This document shows, in pieces, positions 22,702-44,473 of a stretch of 64,000 nucleotides of DNA. Source of the stretch: Scenedesmus sp. PABB004 (Eukaryota); the NCBI GenBank assembly GCA_014905635.1, contig CM026547.1:2790001-2854000 (forward strand), in the 5' to 3' direction. The notes beneath the pieces were generated by a model. The model made no database searches and was not told where the DNA came from. It was given only the letters and a program-made list of their open reading frames with translations. Position 1 is the stretch's first letter; every line of letters starts with the position of its first letter. Made by a program: the position numbers and the translations under genes.

Positions 22702-23073
22702 GCTCGCTGGCGAGGGTGCGATGGCCGCAGCAGCAGCAGCAGGCGCGAACCAGGCACCGGGGGCGGCAGCACGAGGTCGCGTTCGGGGCTGCGGGCGAAA
22801 TTGAGCGCCCTGCAGCACAGGCGCGCCGCGGCGTCCGCGCCGCCGCAGCTGACGCTGACCCCGCGGCTTCAGCCGCCAGCGGACCGCGCAGCCAGCAAGT
22901 TACGCCTCCCAGGCCCCACGCACGCACGGCAGTCCGCACTTCAGCGGCGCGCGTGCGCGGCGTGGCTGGCGCGCCGGACGTGTCGCAGTCCAGCCCGTGC
23001 GCCCCCGCCGCCCCTCCCTCCCAGCGCGCGCCGGCCTGATCACGGGGAAAAGCCAGGCGCCGGCGCGCCGCGC

Positions 23074-27038
<3,965 letters not shown>

Positions 27039-27817
27039 GACTCAGCTGACTCAGCGCAGCGCAGCGCACGCAGCGCGCCAGCCAGGGCTGACCGCGGCGC
27101 GCGGGGGCGGGACGGGGGTTGGTCCAGCCAGCCAGCCAGCCGCCCGCGGCGCGCGCGCACTGCAAGACGTGCGCCGCCCGGGCAGCGCCGCGGTTGGCAG
27201 CAGGGTGGCAGCAGGGGGAGGCGCTGCGCGCCGCCGGCAGCGCAGCGTGAACGCCGGACGCGGTGGGGGGCGCGCGGCAGGGGGGCGGTCGCGGGGGCCC
27301 GCCGCCGCAGGCGCGGCGGCGCGCGTCCCGCCCTGGCGCGGGCCGGCGCCCTTGGATTTCCTCGCAGGCGCGCGGCAGAGTGCATGCCCTGCCAGCCGCG
27401 CGCGGGGGATCTGTACCAACCACATTTTGTGACCCTGCGCCCAGCCTAGCCTGACCAAGCCACTCGCTTGATTCTGACGGGAGGTGGCGAACTAGCGCGG
27501 AGGTGGGCTGGCGCTGCTCTGCTCTCGGGGGTGGGGGGTGCACGCGCGCGCACGCCGCCGCCGGCGCACATGCGGTGGCGTGCGCTGCTGGGACCTGCCG
27601 CTGCTGCTGGACGGCAGCCGCGTGGTGTGCAACACGTGAACGGCCGTTCCGCGCCAGCTTGCCGAGCCGCGGCGACTGCAGCACGCACCAGCAGCAGTCC
27701 TCCCGCCGCCGCAAAAACTGTGTGGCCGCTGCCAGCTGGCGGTGCCCAAAACTGATCCGAGCTGGCCCGCCCCAGCACGACACCGGCGCCCGACCCACCC
27801 GCGCGCCCGCGCGGCGC

Positions 27818-30323
<2,506 letters not shown>

Positions 30324-30801
30324 GGCGCGTCACCGCTCGGGCGCGTCCCGGCCCCACAGCCACGCCGCGCGCCGCGCCGCGCCGCGCCGCTGCTGCCGCC
30401 GTTGTCGCCGCTGCTGTCGCCGCTGCTGCCGCCTCTCGCCAGCCGTGCGTGCGCGTGAACCTCAGGAGGGCGTGATGTGGGAGCGGCGGAGGGGTCGCGC
30501 CGGGAATCTTGACCTTTCGGTGTTATGTTCGTTGCGCGGGCTCAGCGCGCGCTGGCCGCGTCCGTGACCACCTGGCCCGCGGCCAGTGGCTGGCCCATCA
30601 CGTACCACGGTCACGCGCGGCACCGCAGCGCGTGCGGGCCCGCGGCAGCCTCGGCGCGGCTCTCGCAAACTGCTGCGCCGCCGGCGGTCTCGCCGCGCAG
30701 TCGGATCCGGCGGCCCTGCGGACGGTGCCTGACCAGTCGCAGAAGCAGCATCTCTAGGCGGGGGTGATGAACTGCGCGTCCGGCTAGGCGGCGGCGGAGC
30801 G

Positions 30802-33040
30802 ATGCTGCTGACCGCGGGACGGCGGTGCTGCTGCGGCCGCGCGGCGGCGGGCGGCGGCCGCGCCGGCCCTGCCTGCCCCGCCAGGCAACGGCCGTTGCCG
30901 CCGTGGCGGCTGCAGCAGCCGCGCTCGCGCTGGCGAGGCCGGCCGGCGCCGGCGTCGGCGCTCGACGCCGCTGGCAGCGCGGGCGACGCCGCCGCAGCGG
31001 CCGCGGCGCAGCCGTCGCCGGCGGCGCCGGAGGCGGTGCTCATCACCGAGATGCTGGTGGCGCCCGAGGCGGTGCTGACACTGGAGGAGGAGGACGAGGA
31101 GGAGGAGGCGGAGGGCGGGGCGGTCGCGGGGGAGCAGCAGCCGCCAGACGGGCCGCCCCTGGCGGAGGAGGCCAGCGGTGGCGGCGCGGCGCTCGCCGCC
31201 AGCGCGGCGGCGGGCGGCCCGGACGTCAGCGTCGGCAGCACCGTCCCCAGCCCGGGGCCCTCGCCCTCGCCGCCCCAAGGCGGCGCCGCGGCCGCCGCCG
31301 CCAGCGCGGGCCTGGACGCCGCCGAGCTGAGCCACGCGGAGCGCGCCGCCGCAGCGCAGGCGTCGCCGGCGGCGCCGGAGCTCATCACCGAGATGCTGGT
31401 GGCGCCCGAGGCGGTGCTCACGCTGGAGGAGGAGGACGAGGAGGAGGAGGAGGAGGCGGAGGGCGGGGCGGTCGCGGGGGAGCAGCAGCCGCCAGACGGC
31501 GCGCCCCTGGCAGAGGAGGCCAGCGACGTCGGCGCGGCACTCGCCGCCAGCGCGGCGGCGGACGGCTCGGACGTCAGCGTTGGCGGCACGGTCCCCAGCC
31601 CGGGGCCCTCACCCGGCAGCGTCGGCAGCACGGTCCCCAGCCCGGGGCCCTCGCCCTCGCCGCCGCTGGGCGGCGCCGCGGCCGCCGCCGCCGCCGCCAG
31701 CGCGAGCCTGGACGACGCCGAGCTGAGCCACGCGGAGCGCGCCGCCGCGGCGGCGGCGACGGCGGCGCGGCTGCGCGTCAAGCCCGCGCCGGTGCCGCCG
31801 TGGTGGCCGCCGACCGAGTACGCCGCGCTCGTCGGCCTCGCGGTGTCGCTCGCGCTGGCGGGCATGAGCAACGCGCTGCTGTGCACGCCGTTTGGCGGCT
31901 ACGGCGGCGGCAGCTCGCGCATCGCGCGGCAGTGCAGCTCGTGCTGCGCGCCGCCGGCGGCGCAGGCGGCGCACCGCGTGTACATGCTGCGCGCGCCGGA
32001 GCGCGCGCTGCCGTCGCTGCCGCTGCCGCTGCGGCAGCAGGTGGAGGCCGACCAGCTGCCGCCGCCGAGCTACCGCGTGCCCTCCCTGGTCTCGCTGCCG
32101 GCGCAGGCCGAGGCCGAGGGGTGGCAGGCGCACGTCGTGGCCGCGCGGGAGTGGTTTTTGGGCCGGCTGGCCTACAACCTGCAGCTGCTCGCCGCCGCGC
32201 CCGTCGGCTCCAAGGTCCTCGCCGTCGCGCTCGCCGCGCTGCCCTTCATCGCGGTCTTCGGCGCGCTCTACGCCGTCGCCGCGCGCGTGCAGCTCGGCGC
32301 CGCGATGTACAAGGCGCGCGCGCGCGGGGCGGGGCGCGGCGCGCAGCAGGGCGCGGCGCGCAGCAGGGCGCGGCGCGCAGCAGGGCGCGGCTGCGCCGGC
32401 CGAGCGCGCGCACACGCCTCCCCGCCGGCCCGCCCCCCCGCCGGCCCGCCCGCCTGCCCGCCCGCCCGCCCGCCGCCCGCCCGCCCGCCCGCCCGCCCGC
32501 CCGCCCGCCCGCCCGCCCGCCCGCCCGCCCGCCCGCCCGCCCGCCCGCCCGCCCGCAGGTCTACGCGCTGCTGTACCGCGTGCCAGGGATCGGCATCGCC
32601 AAGGAGTCCAACGCCGCCGCCTACGCCGTTGCCAACGCGGCGTTCCTGGTCGGCCTCTTCAGTTTTGCGGCCATCCTCGGTGGGCCGCCGCCGCCCGCCC
32701 GCGCCCGTGCCGCCCCCCCCCCCCCTGCGCCCCGCTTGCCCCGCGCCGCCGCCGACGCGCGCCGCCCGCGGCCGCATGCGCGGCACGCGCGTGGGCCAGG
32801 GATCGTGAGCGACGAGATCAAGCAGGGCATCCGGTCGTCGAGGTCTGGCAACTACACGCTCAGAACCTCGGGCCACATCCTGCTGCTCAACTGGACGTCC
32901 ACGAGCTGCGCGCTGATCCGCCAGATCGCCTCCGCATACAGCGTGCGCGCGCCGCGCGCGCCCGAGGCCCCGGGAGCAGCACCGCGCCGCGCGCGCCCGA
33001 GGCCCCCGGAGCAGCACTGCGCCGCGCGCGTGCCGCCCAT

Positions 33041-33075
<35 letters not shown>

Positions 33076-35434
33076 AGCCGGGCGGCATGTTCCGCAGCAC
33101 GAGCATCTGGCCCTGGGGCGGGCGGGCGCCGGCGGTGGTGGTGCTCGCTGACAAGGACAAGGCGTGGATGGACAGTGCGGTGCACGACATGCTGCGCGAC
33201 CGGGGGCTCAAGCTCGAGGTGCACACGCGGCAGGGGTCACCGTTCAAGCTCTCCGACCTGCGCCGCGTCGCGGCGAGCCGGGCGTCGACCATCATCGTGC
33301 TGCACCCCGAGTCGGCGAGCGCGGCGCACGCGGAGGCGCTCAAGGCCAGCGCCGCGATGGCGATCACGGCGCTCGACCCGAGCGCGCAGCAGCGCGTCGT
33401 GGTGCAGATGACGGGGCCGTCGGCCGACGAGAGCGTCGCGTCCAGCCTCGGCATCACCACCCGCCTCGTCGGCCGGTCGCCCATCCACTCGCTCGAGCTG
33501 CCCGACCGGCAGCTCACCATGCGGCTGGTGCGCGCCACGCCGCGCCGGCCGCGCCGCCGCGCCGCCGTGCCGCGCGCGCGCGCGCGCTGAGCCTGGCGCG
33601 CCGGGCGCGCGCGCGCGCGTGCGTGTGCAGGTCGCGCAGACCGCAGCGCAGCCGGGCATCCTCACGTGCTGGCTCGATGTCCTGGCCCTGGCCACCAACA
33701 GCGCGCAGTTCAGCTCCGCCGAGATGCCTGCGTCGCTGCACGGCCTGCCCTATCGCGACGTCCGGCGGTGCGCGCACGCGCGGCCGCGCGCGGGGAGGCC
33801 CCCTGGCACGCCGCACCGCGCCGAGCTGCCGCGCCTGCCGCCGCCCGCGCACGCCGCCACCGCGCCGGCCGCCGCGCAGCGCCTTCCCTCTCTGCGTGGT
33901 CTGCGGCTTCAGAACGCCCGGGCAGGGCGGCAGCGTGCAGCTCAACCCCAGCGAGGACGAGGTGCCGCCGCCGGGCTCGTCCCTCATCTTCCTGGGCCGC
34001 GGGGGTGCGCGCCGCTCCGCCGCGGGCCGCCGCTGCTCCGCCGCAGGCCACCAGCGGGCGCCGACCGCCGACCGCCGGCCGCTGCCGCCGCCGCTCACGG
34101 CCCCGCGGCGCGCGCGCAGGCGCGTCGTCGCTGGTCGTCGCGCCCGACGGCGGCGTGTACAAGGCGGCCGCCGCCTCGGCGGCGGAGCGCCTGAAGAAGG
34201 AGCGCACGTACCGCTCCAAGCCGCGGTCCATCCTGGTCGCGGGCTGGCCCGCGGCGAGCGTCCCCGACCTGTGCGAGTCGTTCGCCCAGTTCACGCCGAG
34301 CGGCACCGTCGTCACGCTCACCGTCGCGGGCGAGCCCGCGCCCGACTGGCCGACGCGGCTGGGGAGCTGCCGCTTCGTCTTCATCCCCAACCCCCACCCG
34401 ACCAGCGTCAAGGCGCGCCGCGCCGCGCGGCGCGGCGCGGCGCGGCGCGACAGCCACGCGCGCCCGCGCCGTCGCGCCGACCGAGCGGCGCACGCCGCGC
34501 CCGACCGCCGCGCCGCGCGCGTGCGCAGGCGCTGCTCGAGGCGGGCATCAAGGGCGCCGACGCGGTGGTGCTCGGCAGCGGCGCGGCGGGCGGCGGCGAG
34601 CAGGAGCAGGACGCGGGCATCCTCGCCGCGGTGCTGCAGGTGCAGGACGCCGTGCTCGCGTCCAAGCGGCGGGAGCCGCCGCCGCACCTGGTCGCGCCGA
34701 TCCGGCGCTACGCCACGTCCAAGCTCGCGGCGCAGTACCTCGAGGTGCTCGCGGCGGAGGCGCTCGGCGCCGGCCCCGCCGCCGCGCCCGGCGCCGGCAG
34801 GCAGCCCGCGGCGCCGCGGCCGGTCGAGGCGGCGCCCGCGGCCGGCAGCGAGCCGCCGGCCGGCGGCGCCACGGGCTCGGCAGCGGCAGGAGCGGCAGGA
34901 CCAGCCGCCGCCCCCGCGCCTGCGGCGCCGCCGTCCGGCGGCGGGCTGCTGGCGGCGCTGGTCGGCGGCAGCGGGACTGGCGGCGGTGGCGGCGGCGGCG
35001 GCGCGGCGCCGGCGCCGGCCCCGCCCGGGGGCCACCAGCTCGTGCTGAGCGGGGCCGAGTTCCTGGTCCCAGCAGACGTGTCGTCAGCGCTGCTGACGCA
35101 GGTTGTGAGTGACGCGAGCTGGGCCGACATCACGCAATCACTGCTCTTCGATGCCAAGGGCCAAGAACTGTATCTGCGCAACCCAGCGAGCTTCAACCTG
35201 CCGACCAACGGGCAGCCGCTCTCGTTTGCGGAGGTCGAGGAGGCCGTGCGGCTGACCGGGCAGACGGCGCTGGGGTGGACGCGTCCCGGCGTGCCCGCCG
35301 CCGCCGGCGCCGGCGGGCGCGCGCGGCAGGCCGCGCCGCAGCGCAAGGTCGTGCTCGGGCCCGCGGCGAGCCACACGGTGGTCTTTGACGAGAGCGACCG
35401 CATCGTCGTGCTGGCGCACGACTTCAACGTCTGA
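30802..35434 (+). CDS. CASTOR/POLLUX(DMI1)-like cation channel with RCK domains, probably plastid-targeted
   Basis: TM helices, then GIVSDEI..RSGNY..GHILLLNW, VVVLADKDK, RQGSPFKLSDLRRVAASRASTIIVL, LNPSEDE, GQELYLR and DRIVVLA. Transit-peptide-like N-terminus. Confidence 0.85.
31006..31749 (+). repeat. In-frame tandem duplication (~116 codons) in the channel N-terminus
   Basis: LITEMLVAPEAVLTLEEEDEEEE..AELSHAERAAAA occurs twice (31006-31353 and 31354-~31749). Confidence 0.95.
32474..32555. repeat. (GCCC)n tetranucleotide repeat in a channel intron
   Basis: Tandem GCCC immediately before the acceptor AG at 32557-32558. Confidence 0.9.
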
Positions 35435-35739
35435 GCGTTTTGAGCGTGCTCAGGCCCGAGAGTTTTGACCAGCGCGGACACGTTCGCGCTGCGCGTGCTG
35501 TTAGCACGTTCAGAGCACGTTCAGCCCCGCGGCTGAGCCCTGTGACGCGCCGCGAGCGAGACCAAGTCGCCTCCGCCGCCAGCCGGGCACCGGCCCCAAC
35601 CCGGCAGTGTGTCTGTGTGGTCCGTGTGCGGCAGAGACGCCCGCAGCCGCCGCAGGCAGCAGCAGGGCAGCAGCAGCCGCCGCGCAGCGGGAACAGCAGC
35701 AAGAGCCGCCGCCGCAGCGCCGACGAGAGCCGCGTGGCG

Positions 35740-37087
35740 ATGGGGAAGCTTGGGAGCAGCAGCCTGGCGGCTGCCGTGAAGCGCAAGACGCACAAGGAGC
35801 GCTCGCAGCCGTGAGTGCCGGCCAGCCAGCGCCCGCAGGCGGGGCGCCCGGCCGCTTGCGGTGTCGCTGGCGAGGCTCGCCAGGCTCGCCAGGCCATGGC
35901 GCTGCTCGGCAGGGCTGCGCGCGGCGCGGCAGCCGCGCTTGGCCGCGCCGCCGGACGCCGCTGCTCTCGCTGCTGCTCTCGCCGCAGGGCGGCCCGCAAG
36001 AAGTATGGCCTGCTCGAGAAGAAGAAGGACTACCTGCTGCGCGCCAAGGACTACCACAGGAAGGAGAAGACCATCAAGGCACGCCGCGCGGCGCGCGCGC
36101 CTGCGGCGCAGGCAGTGCGGCGGCGACGGCCGCCGAGCGCCGCCCGCGCCGCGCCGTGCGCAGGCGCTGCAAGGCAAGGCGGAGCAGCGCAACCCGGACG
36201 AGTTTTACTTCGCCATGGAGAAGGCCCGCACCAAGGACGGCGTGCACATCGCGCGGTGCGCGCGCTTGCGGCGCCGCCGCCCGGCGGCAGCCCAGCTGCC
36301 GCCAGCAGCCCTGCCGCCGCGCGCGGCCGACTGCCCGCCGCGCCGCCGCCGTCGCTGCCGTGGTCGCCGCAGCTCGACGCAGGCCAACAAGTACACCCAG
36401 GCGGAGCTGCTGCTGATGAAGACGCAGGACGTCAAGTACGTGGGCCTCAAGAGCCGCACCGAGGCCGCGGTGCGAGCGCACGCTCGGCAGCAGCGCGGCG
36501 AGGCCGCCGGGGCGGAGGCGCGCGCGCGGCGCGGCCCGCGCTGACGCCCGCGCGCCGCGCAGAAAGCGGAGCGGCTGCGGGCGAGCCTGCACTTCATCGG
36601 CGCGGCGGCGCCGGCGCGGCACACCGTGTTTGTCGACAGCGCGGCCGAGGCGGCCGCGTTTGAGCCGGCGGAGTTCTTCGACACCCCCGCGGAGCTGCTG
36701 GGCCGCACGTACAACCGCCCCCGCAACGCGCAGCTGGCGCAGCAGCCGCTCGCGCCGGTCAGCGTGCGCGAGGCGACCAAGGCGGAGCGGTGCGGCGCGC
36801 CGCGCGCCGCGCGGCGGCGGCGCACCTCCTCTGCCCGCGCGTGCGGCGTCCGGGCAAGCGCGCGGCGTCCGAGCCCGCCGCGCCCGCCGCGGCGCGCGCG
36901 CAGGCGCAAGCACGCGGCGTACAAGGAGCTGTCGCAGCGGCTGGAGCGCAGCGCCAAGCTGGGCGGCGTGGCGGCGAGCATGGCGGCAGCCAAGGAGCTG
37001 ATGGGCAAGGGCCGCAAGCGCAAGCTCGCCGCGGCCGACGGCAGCGGGCAGGCGGTGTTCCGGTGGAAGCGTGAGCGCAAGAAGTGA
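35740..37087 (+). CDS. UTP11: U3 snoRNA-associated protein 11
   Basis: HKERSQP, GLLEKKKDYLLRAKDY, RNPDEFYFAM, LMKTQD, EFFDTPAELLGRTYNRP and C-terminal FRWKRERKK*. Confidence 0.95.
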
Positions 37088-37147
37088 GCGCGCGCGAGCG
37101 CGGGCGAGCAGCTGGTTAACCCAAACCCTCCGAGCGACGCGCGCGGG

Positions 37148-39357
<2,210 letters not shown>

Positions 39358-39668
39358 GGCGCTCGCGTGATCGGTCGCGCCTGCTGCGGGCGGCCCTGCG
39401 CTGCCCGAGAGTGGCGTCCGCTGCCGATGCCGCCGCTGCCGCTGCTGCCGCTGCCGCCGCCGCTGCCGCCAGCCAGGTGCGGCTGCGCCGGCGATCGGCG
39501 CGAGCTGACAGGCGCGTACGCAAGGCGCGACGTAGCCCTGCCGGGCGCAGGTGCAGCGCGCGGGGCTCAACGGCCGTTGACACAACGCACGACTCCGACT
39601 CGCTCCGCTCTCGCTCCTCGCTCCCTCTCTGCCCCCCCCCCTCCGCCCCTTCGCTCAAGGCCGCTCCG

Positions 39669-41182
39669 TCAGGCTGGCCGCTCCGTCAGGCAGGCCTCGC
39701 ACGCCAGCGTCAGCTGGCTATTGACGAGCGTGCACACCTTGCACGCCCACCCACTCGAGACGCCGCCGCCGCCGCCCGGCCGACGCTGCTGCAGCTGTCG
39801 GTGGCGCGCGCACCACGCGCGGAGGCCGGCGGAGCTGGGCGCCCAGCCAGTCGCCGCGGCGGCGTCAAAGCCCACGCCCGCCGCGCAGCGGGGGCAGTCG
39901 CCGCCCGACTCCGCGCCGCTGACGCCGTCGCCGCGGTCGTCGTCATCGCTGCTGGAGAGCGTGAGGTCGATGGCCTCGCTGGGGCCGCCACGCCGCCGCT
40001 TGGCGGCGCGCTGCTGGCGCATCTGCGCCTGCTGCTGCTGCAGGTGCTGCTGCCAGCCCTCGCGCAGCGCCGCCTCCTGCTGCGCCGCGTGCGCGCCGAC
40101 CGCCGCCGCAGCCGCCGCCGGCGCCGCGGCCACGGGCTGGGCCGCTGCCGGCTGCTCGCGCCCGCCGCCCGCGGCCGCGCCTGCGACGGCCTGCCGCGAG
40201 CTGCCGCCGCCGCCGACGCCGCCGCCGCCCTCGTCGCCGCTGCTGCTGGCGCGCGCGCCGCCCACGCCCGCCGCGCTGCCGCCGCCCAGCCCCAGCTCCT
40301 CCTCCACCTGCTCCTGGCTGTGCTCCGCGGGGCACCACAGGTTGTCCCGCGCGCGCCGCTCCGCCGCCGCCGCGGCCGCCGCCGCGGGCGTGAGCTGCTG
40401 CAGGTCGCGCCGCCCGCCCAGCTTGCGGGGCCCGCCAGACATCATCACCCCCGCCTTGCCCGCGCGCGCCTCGGCCGCCTGCGGGCGCGCGCGGCGCCGC
40501 CGCCGCCGGGGCGTCGCACGCGGCAGGCGCCGCGCGCAGCGCCGCCGCGCCGCGGCGCGGGCCGCGCCTTGCGGATGGCGTCGCCCATCTTGTCGGGCGG
40601 CGGGTTGTGCAGCGGGATGAAGGCGTGCGCGCCGAGGCGGCCCACGGAGGGCGCGTCGAAGCCCTCGCCCGTGCCCGTGATGCCCTTGTCCATCAGCTCC
40701 TCCGCCTCGACCCACAGCTCGTCGAGCAGCTGCCGCGCCGCGGCAGCGGGTGGGCGCGCGTGGGCGCGCGCGCGGCCTGCCGCCGCCGCGGCCGCGGCCG
40801 CGCCCGCGCCGGCGCGCCCCCGCCGCGGCGCGGGGCGCACCTTGTAGAAGGCGGCGTTGTGGGCGCTGACCTCGTTGTGCGCGAGCTCGTGCAGCATCGT
40901 GCCGAGGATGGTGTTCCAGTCATAGAAGCTGCCCGGGCTGCGCGCGGGGCGCAGCCGCACGCGCACCTCGATGCCGCGGTTGACGTTGAGCCCCAGCAGC
41001 CCCGGGTTGCGGGGCAGGAACTCGGACAGCAGCACCACGCGCCAGCGGCGGCGCCGCATGATCGGCTGCACCTGCTTCGCGACGCGCTCGAGCAGCGCCC
41101 GCGCCTCGCCCGCGCGCTCGCGGCCCTCGAGCACGGCGATCTCCCGCACCGCGAACTCGTCGGGGAACGGCGCCAGCGGCAT
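39669..41182 (-). CDS. WSS1: WLM-domain metalloprotease WSS1-like (DNA-protein crosslink repair) with RanBP2-type zinc finger
   Basis: VQPIMRRRRWRV..LSEFLP..LLGLNVN, HELAH (HExxH), SHP-like GGPRKLGG, SIM-like IDLTLSSSDDDD and C-terminal WACKVCTLVN..CEAC. Confidence 0.92.
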
Positions 41183-41729
41183 CGCGCCGCCGCCGCGCGT
41201 GCGCGCAGCGCAGTGCACAGCGGCGTCCGCTGCTCGCCGCCGGCGCCCGCGCGCGCACGGCGCGGCCGCCGGCCCCCGCCTCCGCAGGCACCGCGCGCCC
41301 GGGGCGGGCCCTGTCGGCCCGCCCGGGCGGCGGGCCCCGCGGCGCGGCGCGCGCAGGCGGCGGCGCCGAGGCGGCAGCAGCTGGCGGCGCGGCGCGGCGG
41401 GCGGCGGCGGCCGTTCACGAGCAGTGGATCAATGCGGCGGCCGGCTCTCTCGCTCGGCGGGCCGGGGGCAGCCGCATGGGCGTCCAGAGCGGGGCAGAAC
41501 AGCGGCCAGCCAGCTCCCGGTGCCTGCTCGGCGACCGCCGGCGCGGCCCCCGCGTCCGGCACAGGCCTGTCCGCTCCCCCGCGCGGCGCGCACCCCTCCC
41601 CTGCTGCACGCGGTCTGCAGAGAAGCCCCGGCATCAGCCCTGTCCACCCCCGCGGCCCCGCGCCGCCCCGGCGCGCGGCGGGCCCCGCCCTCGGCTGAGA
41701 GCAGCTCGGGCGCTCGACGGGCGGCGGCC

Positions 41730-44040
41730 ATGTCGCTGCTGGCGAGCCTGCCGGCGCCGCGGCACCAGCATGCCCCGGCGCCTGCTGCCCCGGCCGCCCC
41801 CGCCGGCGCGGGCGCCGGCGGCAGCTCGCTGGCGCTGGTTGGGCCCAGGGAGGCGCCGCCCTACCCCCGGCGGCGCGGCTTCGTGCCGCGGCGGCAGGAG
41901 GACTTTGGCGACGGCGGCGCGTTCCCGGAGCTGCCGCTGCTGCAGTACCCGCTCGAGATGGGCCGCCCCGACGAGGCGCGCGGCGGCAAGACGCTGGCCG
42001 TGGCGGTGGACATGGCGGGCAACGCCAACTATGACGCCATCCTGCGCCAGGGGCAGCGCGCGGGCAAGATCATCCACAGCGGGCACCAGGCGCTCGTGCC
42101 AAAGGTCGACCTGCTCGACCCCCAGGTACGCACCCGCACCCGCACCCGCACCCGCGCCCGCACCCGCGGCAGCGCCCACGCGCACGGCAGCGCGACGGCA
42201 GCAGCGACCGCGGCCGCGGCGGCGATCGCGGCGGCGGCGATCGCGGCAGCAGCGGCAGCAGCGGCCGCCGCCGCCGCCGTCGCCCGGCCGCCCGGCCGGC
42301 CGCCGCCCACGCCACTGCTTGCCGCCGCGCGCCGCTGCGCGCCGCCGCCGCCGCGCAGAACCTGGCGCGCCCGGACGAGGAGGAGGTCGAGCGCACGGCC
42401 AAGGAGACGCTGGAGGCGCTCAACAAGCGCGTCGGCGCGAAGCTCGCGGCGCAGAACCCGAGCACGCTGCCGGAGCAGCCCGGCGCGGCGAGCTACATCA
42501 AGTACACGCCCAGCCAGCAGGGCGCGGCGTACGCGTCGGGCGCGAAGCAGCGCATCATCAAGATGCAGGACATGCCGGTTGACCCGCTCGAGCCGCCCAA
42601 GTTCAGGCACACCAAGGTCCCGCGCGGCGGCGGCAGCCCGCCCGTGCCCGTCATGCACAGCCCGCCGCGGCCGCTCACCGCGGAGGACCAGGCCAACTGG
42701 AAGATCCCGCCCTGCATCTCCAACTGGAAGAACGCCAAGGGCTACACCATCCCGCTCGACAAGCGCCTCGCGGCGGACGGCCGCGGCCTCATGGTGCGCG
42801 CGCGCGCGACCGCGGGGCCGCGGCGCGGGGGCTGGCGGCGCGGGGGAGAGGCGCGGGGGAGAGGCGCGGGGCAGCAGCCGCCCGCCCGCCCGCCGGCCCG
42901 CTGACGCGCCGCGCGCCGCGCGCCGCCGCGCCGCTGCAGGAGCAAACCATCAGCGACAAGTTTGCGGGCCTGAGCGAGGCGCTGCAGGTGGCCGAGGCCA
43001 AGGCGCGCGAGAGCACCGAGATGCGCAAGCAGGTCGCGCTCGAGGTCGCGCGCCGCGCAAAGCAGTCCAAGGACGAGCAGCTGCGCAAGCTCGCGCAGCA
43101 GGCGCGCATGGAGCGTGGCGGCGTCGTCGCGGCCGCGGCCGGCGGCGGCCTCGCGGGGCGCATGGACGCCGGCGGCGCGGGCGTCGCGCCGCCGCCGGCC
43201 TACCCCGGGCCGCCGCCGGCGGCGGCGCCGGCGGGCGGGCGCGGCGGCGAGTCGCCGGGCAGCTCCAGCGGCGAGGAGGACGACCGGCGGCGCGGCGTGC
43301 GGCGCGGCGAGCGCGACGCGCGCGGCGGCGGGCGCGGCGGGCGGGACGAGTACGAGGAGACGGCGCAGGAGCGCGAGGAGCGGCGGCGGCGAGACGAGAT
43401 CCGCGAGGAGCGCCGCCGCGAGCGCGAGCGCGAGCGCCGGCTCGAGACGCGCGACGGGCACGGCGGCGCGAAGAAGTCCAAGCTCACGCGCGACCGCGAG
43501 CGCGACGTGGGCGAGAAGATCGCGCTCGGCATGGCCGCGGTGGGCGGGCAGGGCGAGGTGCAGTACGACAGCCGGCTCTTCAACCAGGAGCAGGGCATGG
43601 GCACCGGGTTTGGCGCGGACGACAGCTACGCGCTCTACGACAAGCCCCTCTTTGCGACGCGCGACTCCAACCTGTTCAAGCCCGTGCGCAACACCGACGA
43701 CGAGCTCTACGGCGGCGCGGCGCCCGGCGCCGACGGCGGCCCGCGCACCGACAAGTTCAAGGCCGACCGCGGCTTTGCGGGCGCGGGCGGCCCCGCCGAC
43801 GGCGCCGCGCCCGGCGGCGCGGCCAAGCGCGGCGGGGGCGTCGAGTACGAGTCGGCCGCGGTCGAGGCGGACCCGTTTGGGCTGGAGCAGTTTATGGCCA
43901 ACGTCGACCGCGGGCGCAAGCCCCTCGACGCCATCGGCACGCGCGGCGGCATGGCCGCCGGCGGCGGCGGCGGCGGCGGGCTCGACGGCGAGGGCGGCGG
44001 CGGGCGGCGCATGCAGTTCACGTCGGGCAGCGACCGCTGA
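41730..44040 (+). CDS. SKIP: SNW/SKI-interacting protein (Prp45), spliceosomal
   Basis: DFGDGGAFPE, DPLEPPKFRHTKVPRG, KIPPCISNWKNAKGYTIPLDKRLAADGRGL, YDSRLFNQ. Confidence 0.97.
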
Positions 44041-44088
44041 CGCGGCGGCGCGGCGCGGGCTGGCGCGTTGCGCGGTGCGCGCCGGCGG

Positions 44089-44093
44089 TGTAA
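44089..44093 (+). promoter_or_regulatory. TGTAA polyadenylation signal of SKIP
   Basis: The chlorophyte near-upstream element TGTAA lies 48 nt after the stop and is rare in this GC background. Confidence 0.6.
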
Positions 44094-44473
44094 CGCCTGC
44101 AACCGGCCCAGGCTGCGTGTCTCGGGTCGCGGTCGTCACTGTGCGCCAGCGGGTGTGTCGCAACCCCTGGCGGCTCTCCTTCCCCTCCTGCTGCACGCGC
44201 GCGGCCGGCGGCGCGGCCGCTCGGTTCTCCTCGCCGCCGCCGTGCGTTCGTGGGTGCACGAAGGGTGTGGCGGTGACATCAAACAAGCCGTGCAGTGCGC
44301 CCGCCCTCCCAGGATCCATGCCCCCCCCCACCCCCACCACACCGCGGGCGGCGCCGCAATCAGGGTTCAAGACCCCCGCCGCCGGCCTGCACATGTTCGT
44401 TCGGCGCGCCGTCGCGCAGCGGCAACAAACGCAGCCCATACATCGCGCACACGCGCGCGCGCCGCAGCCCAGC

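Noticed and set aside
30764..30831. Box C/D snoRNA-like pattern (GTGATGA ... CTGA)
   Set aside because: It is short, overlaps the channel start codon, has only a minimal terminal stem and no recognisable rRNA guide; likely chance.
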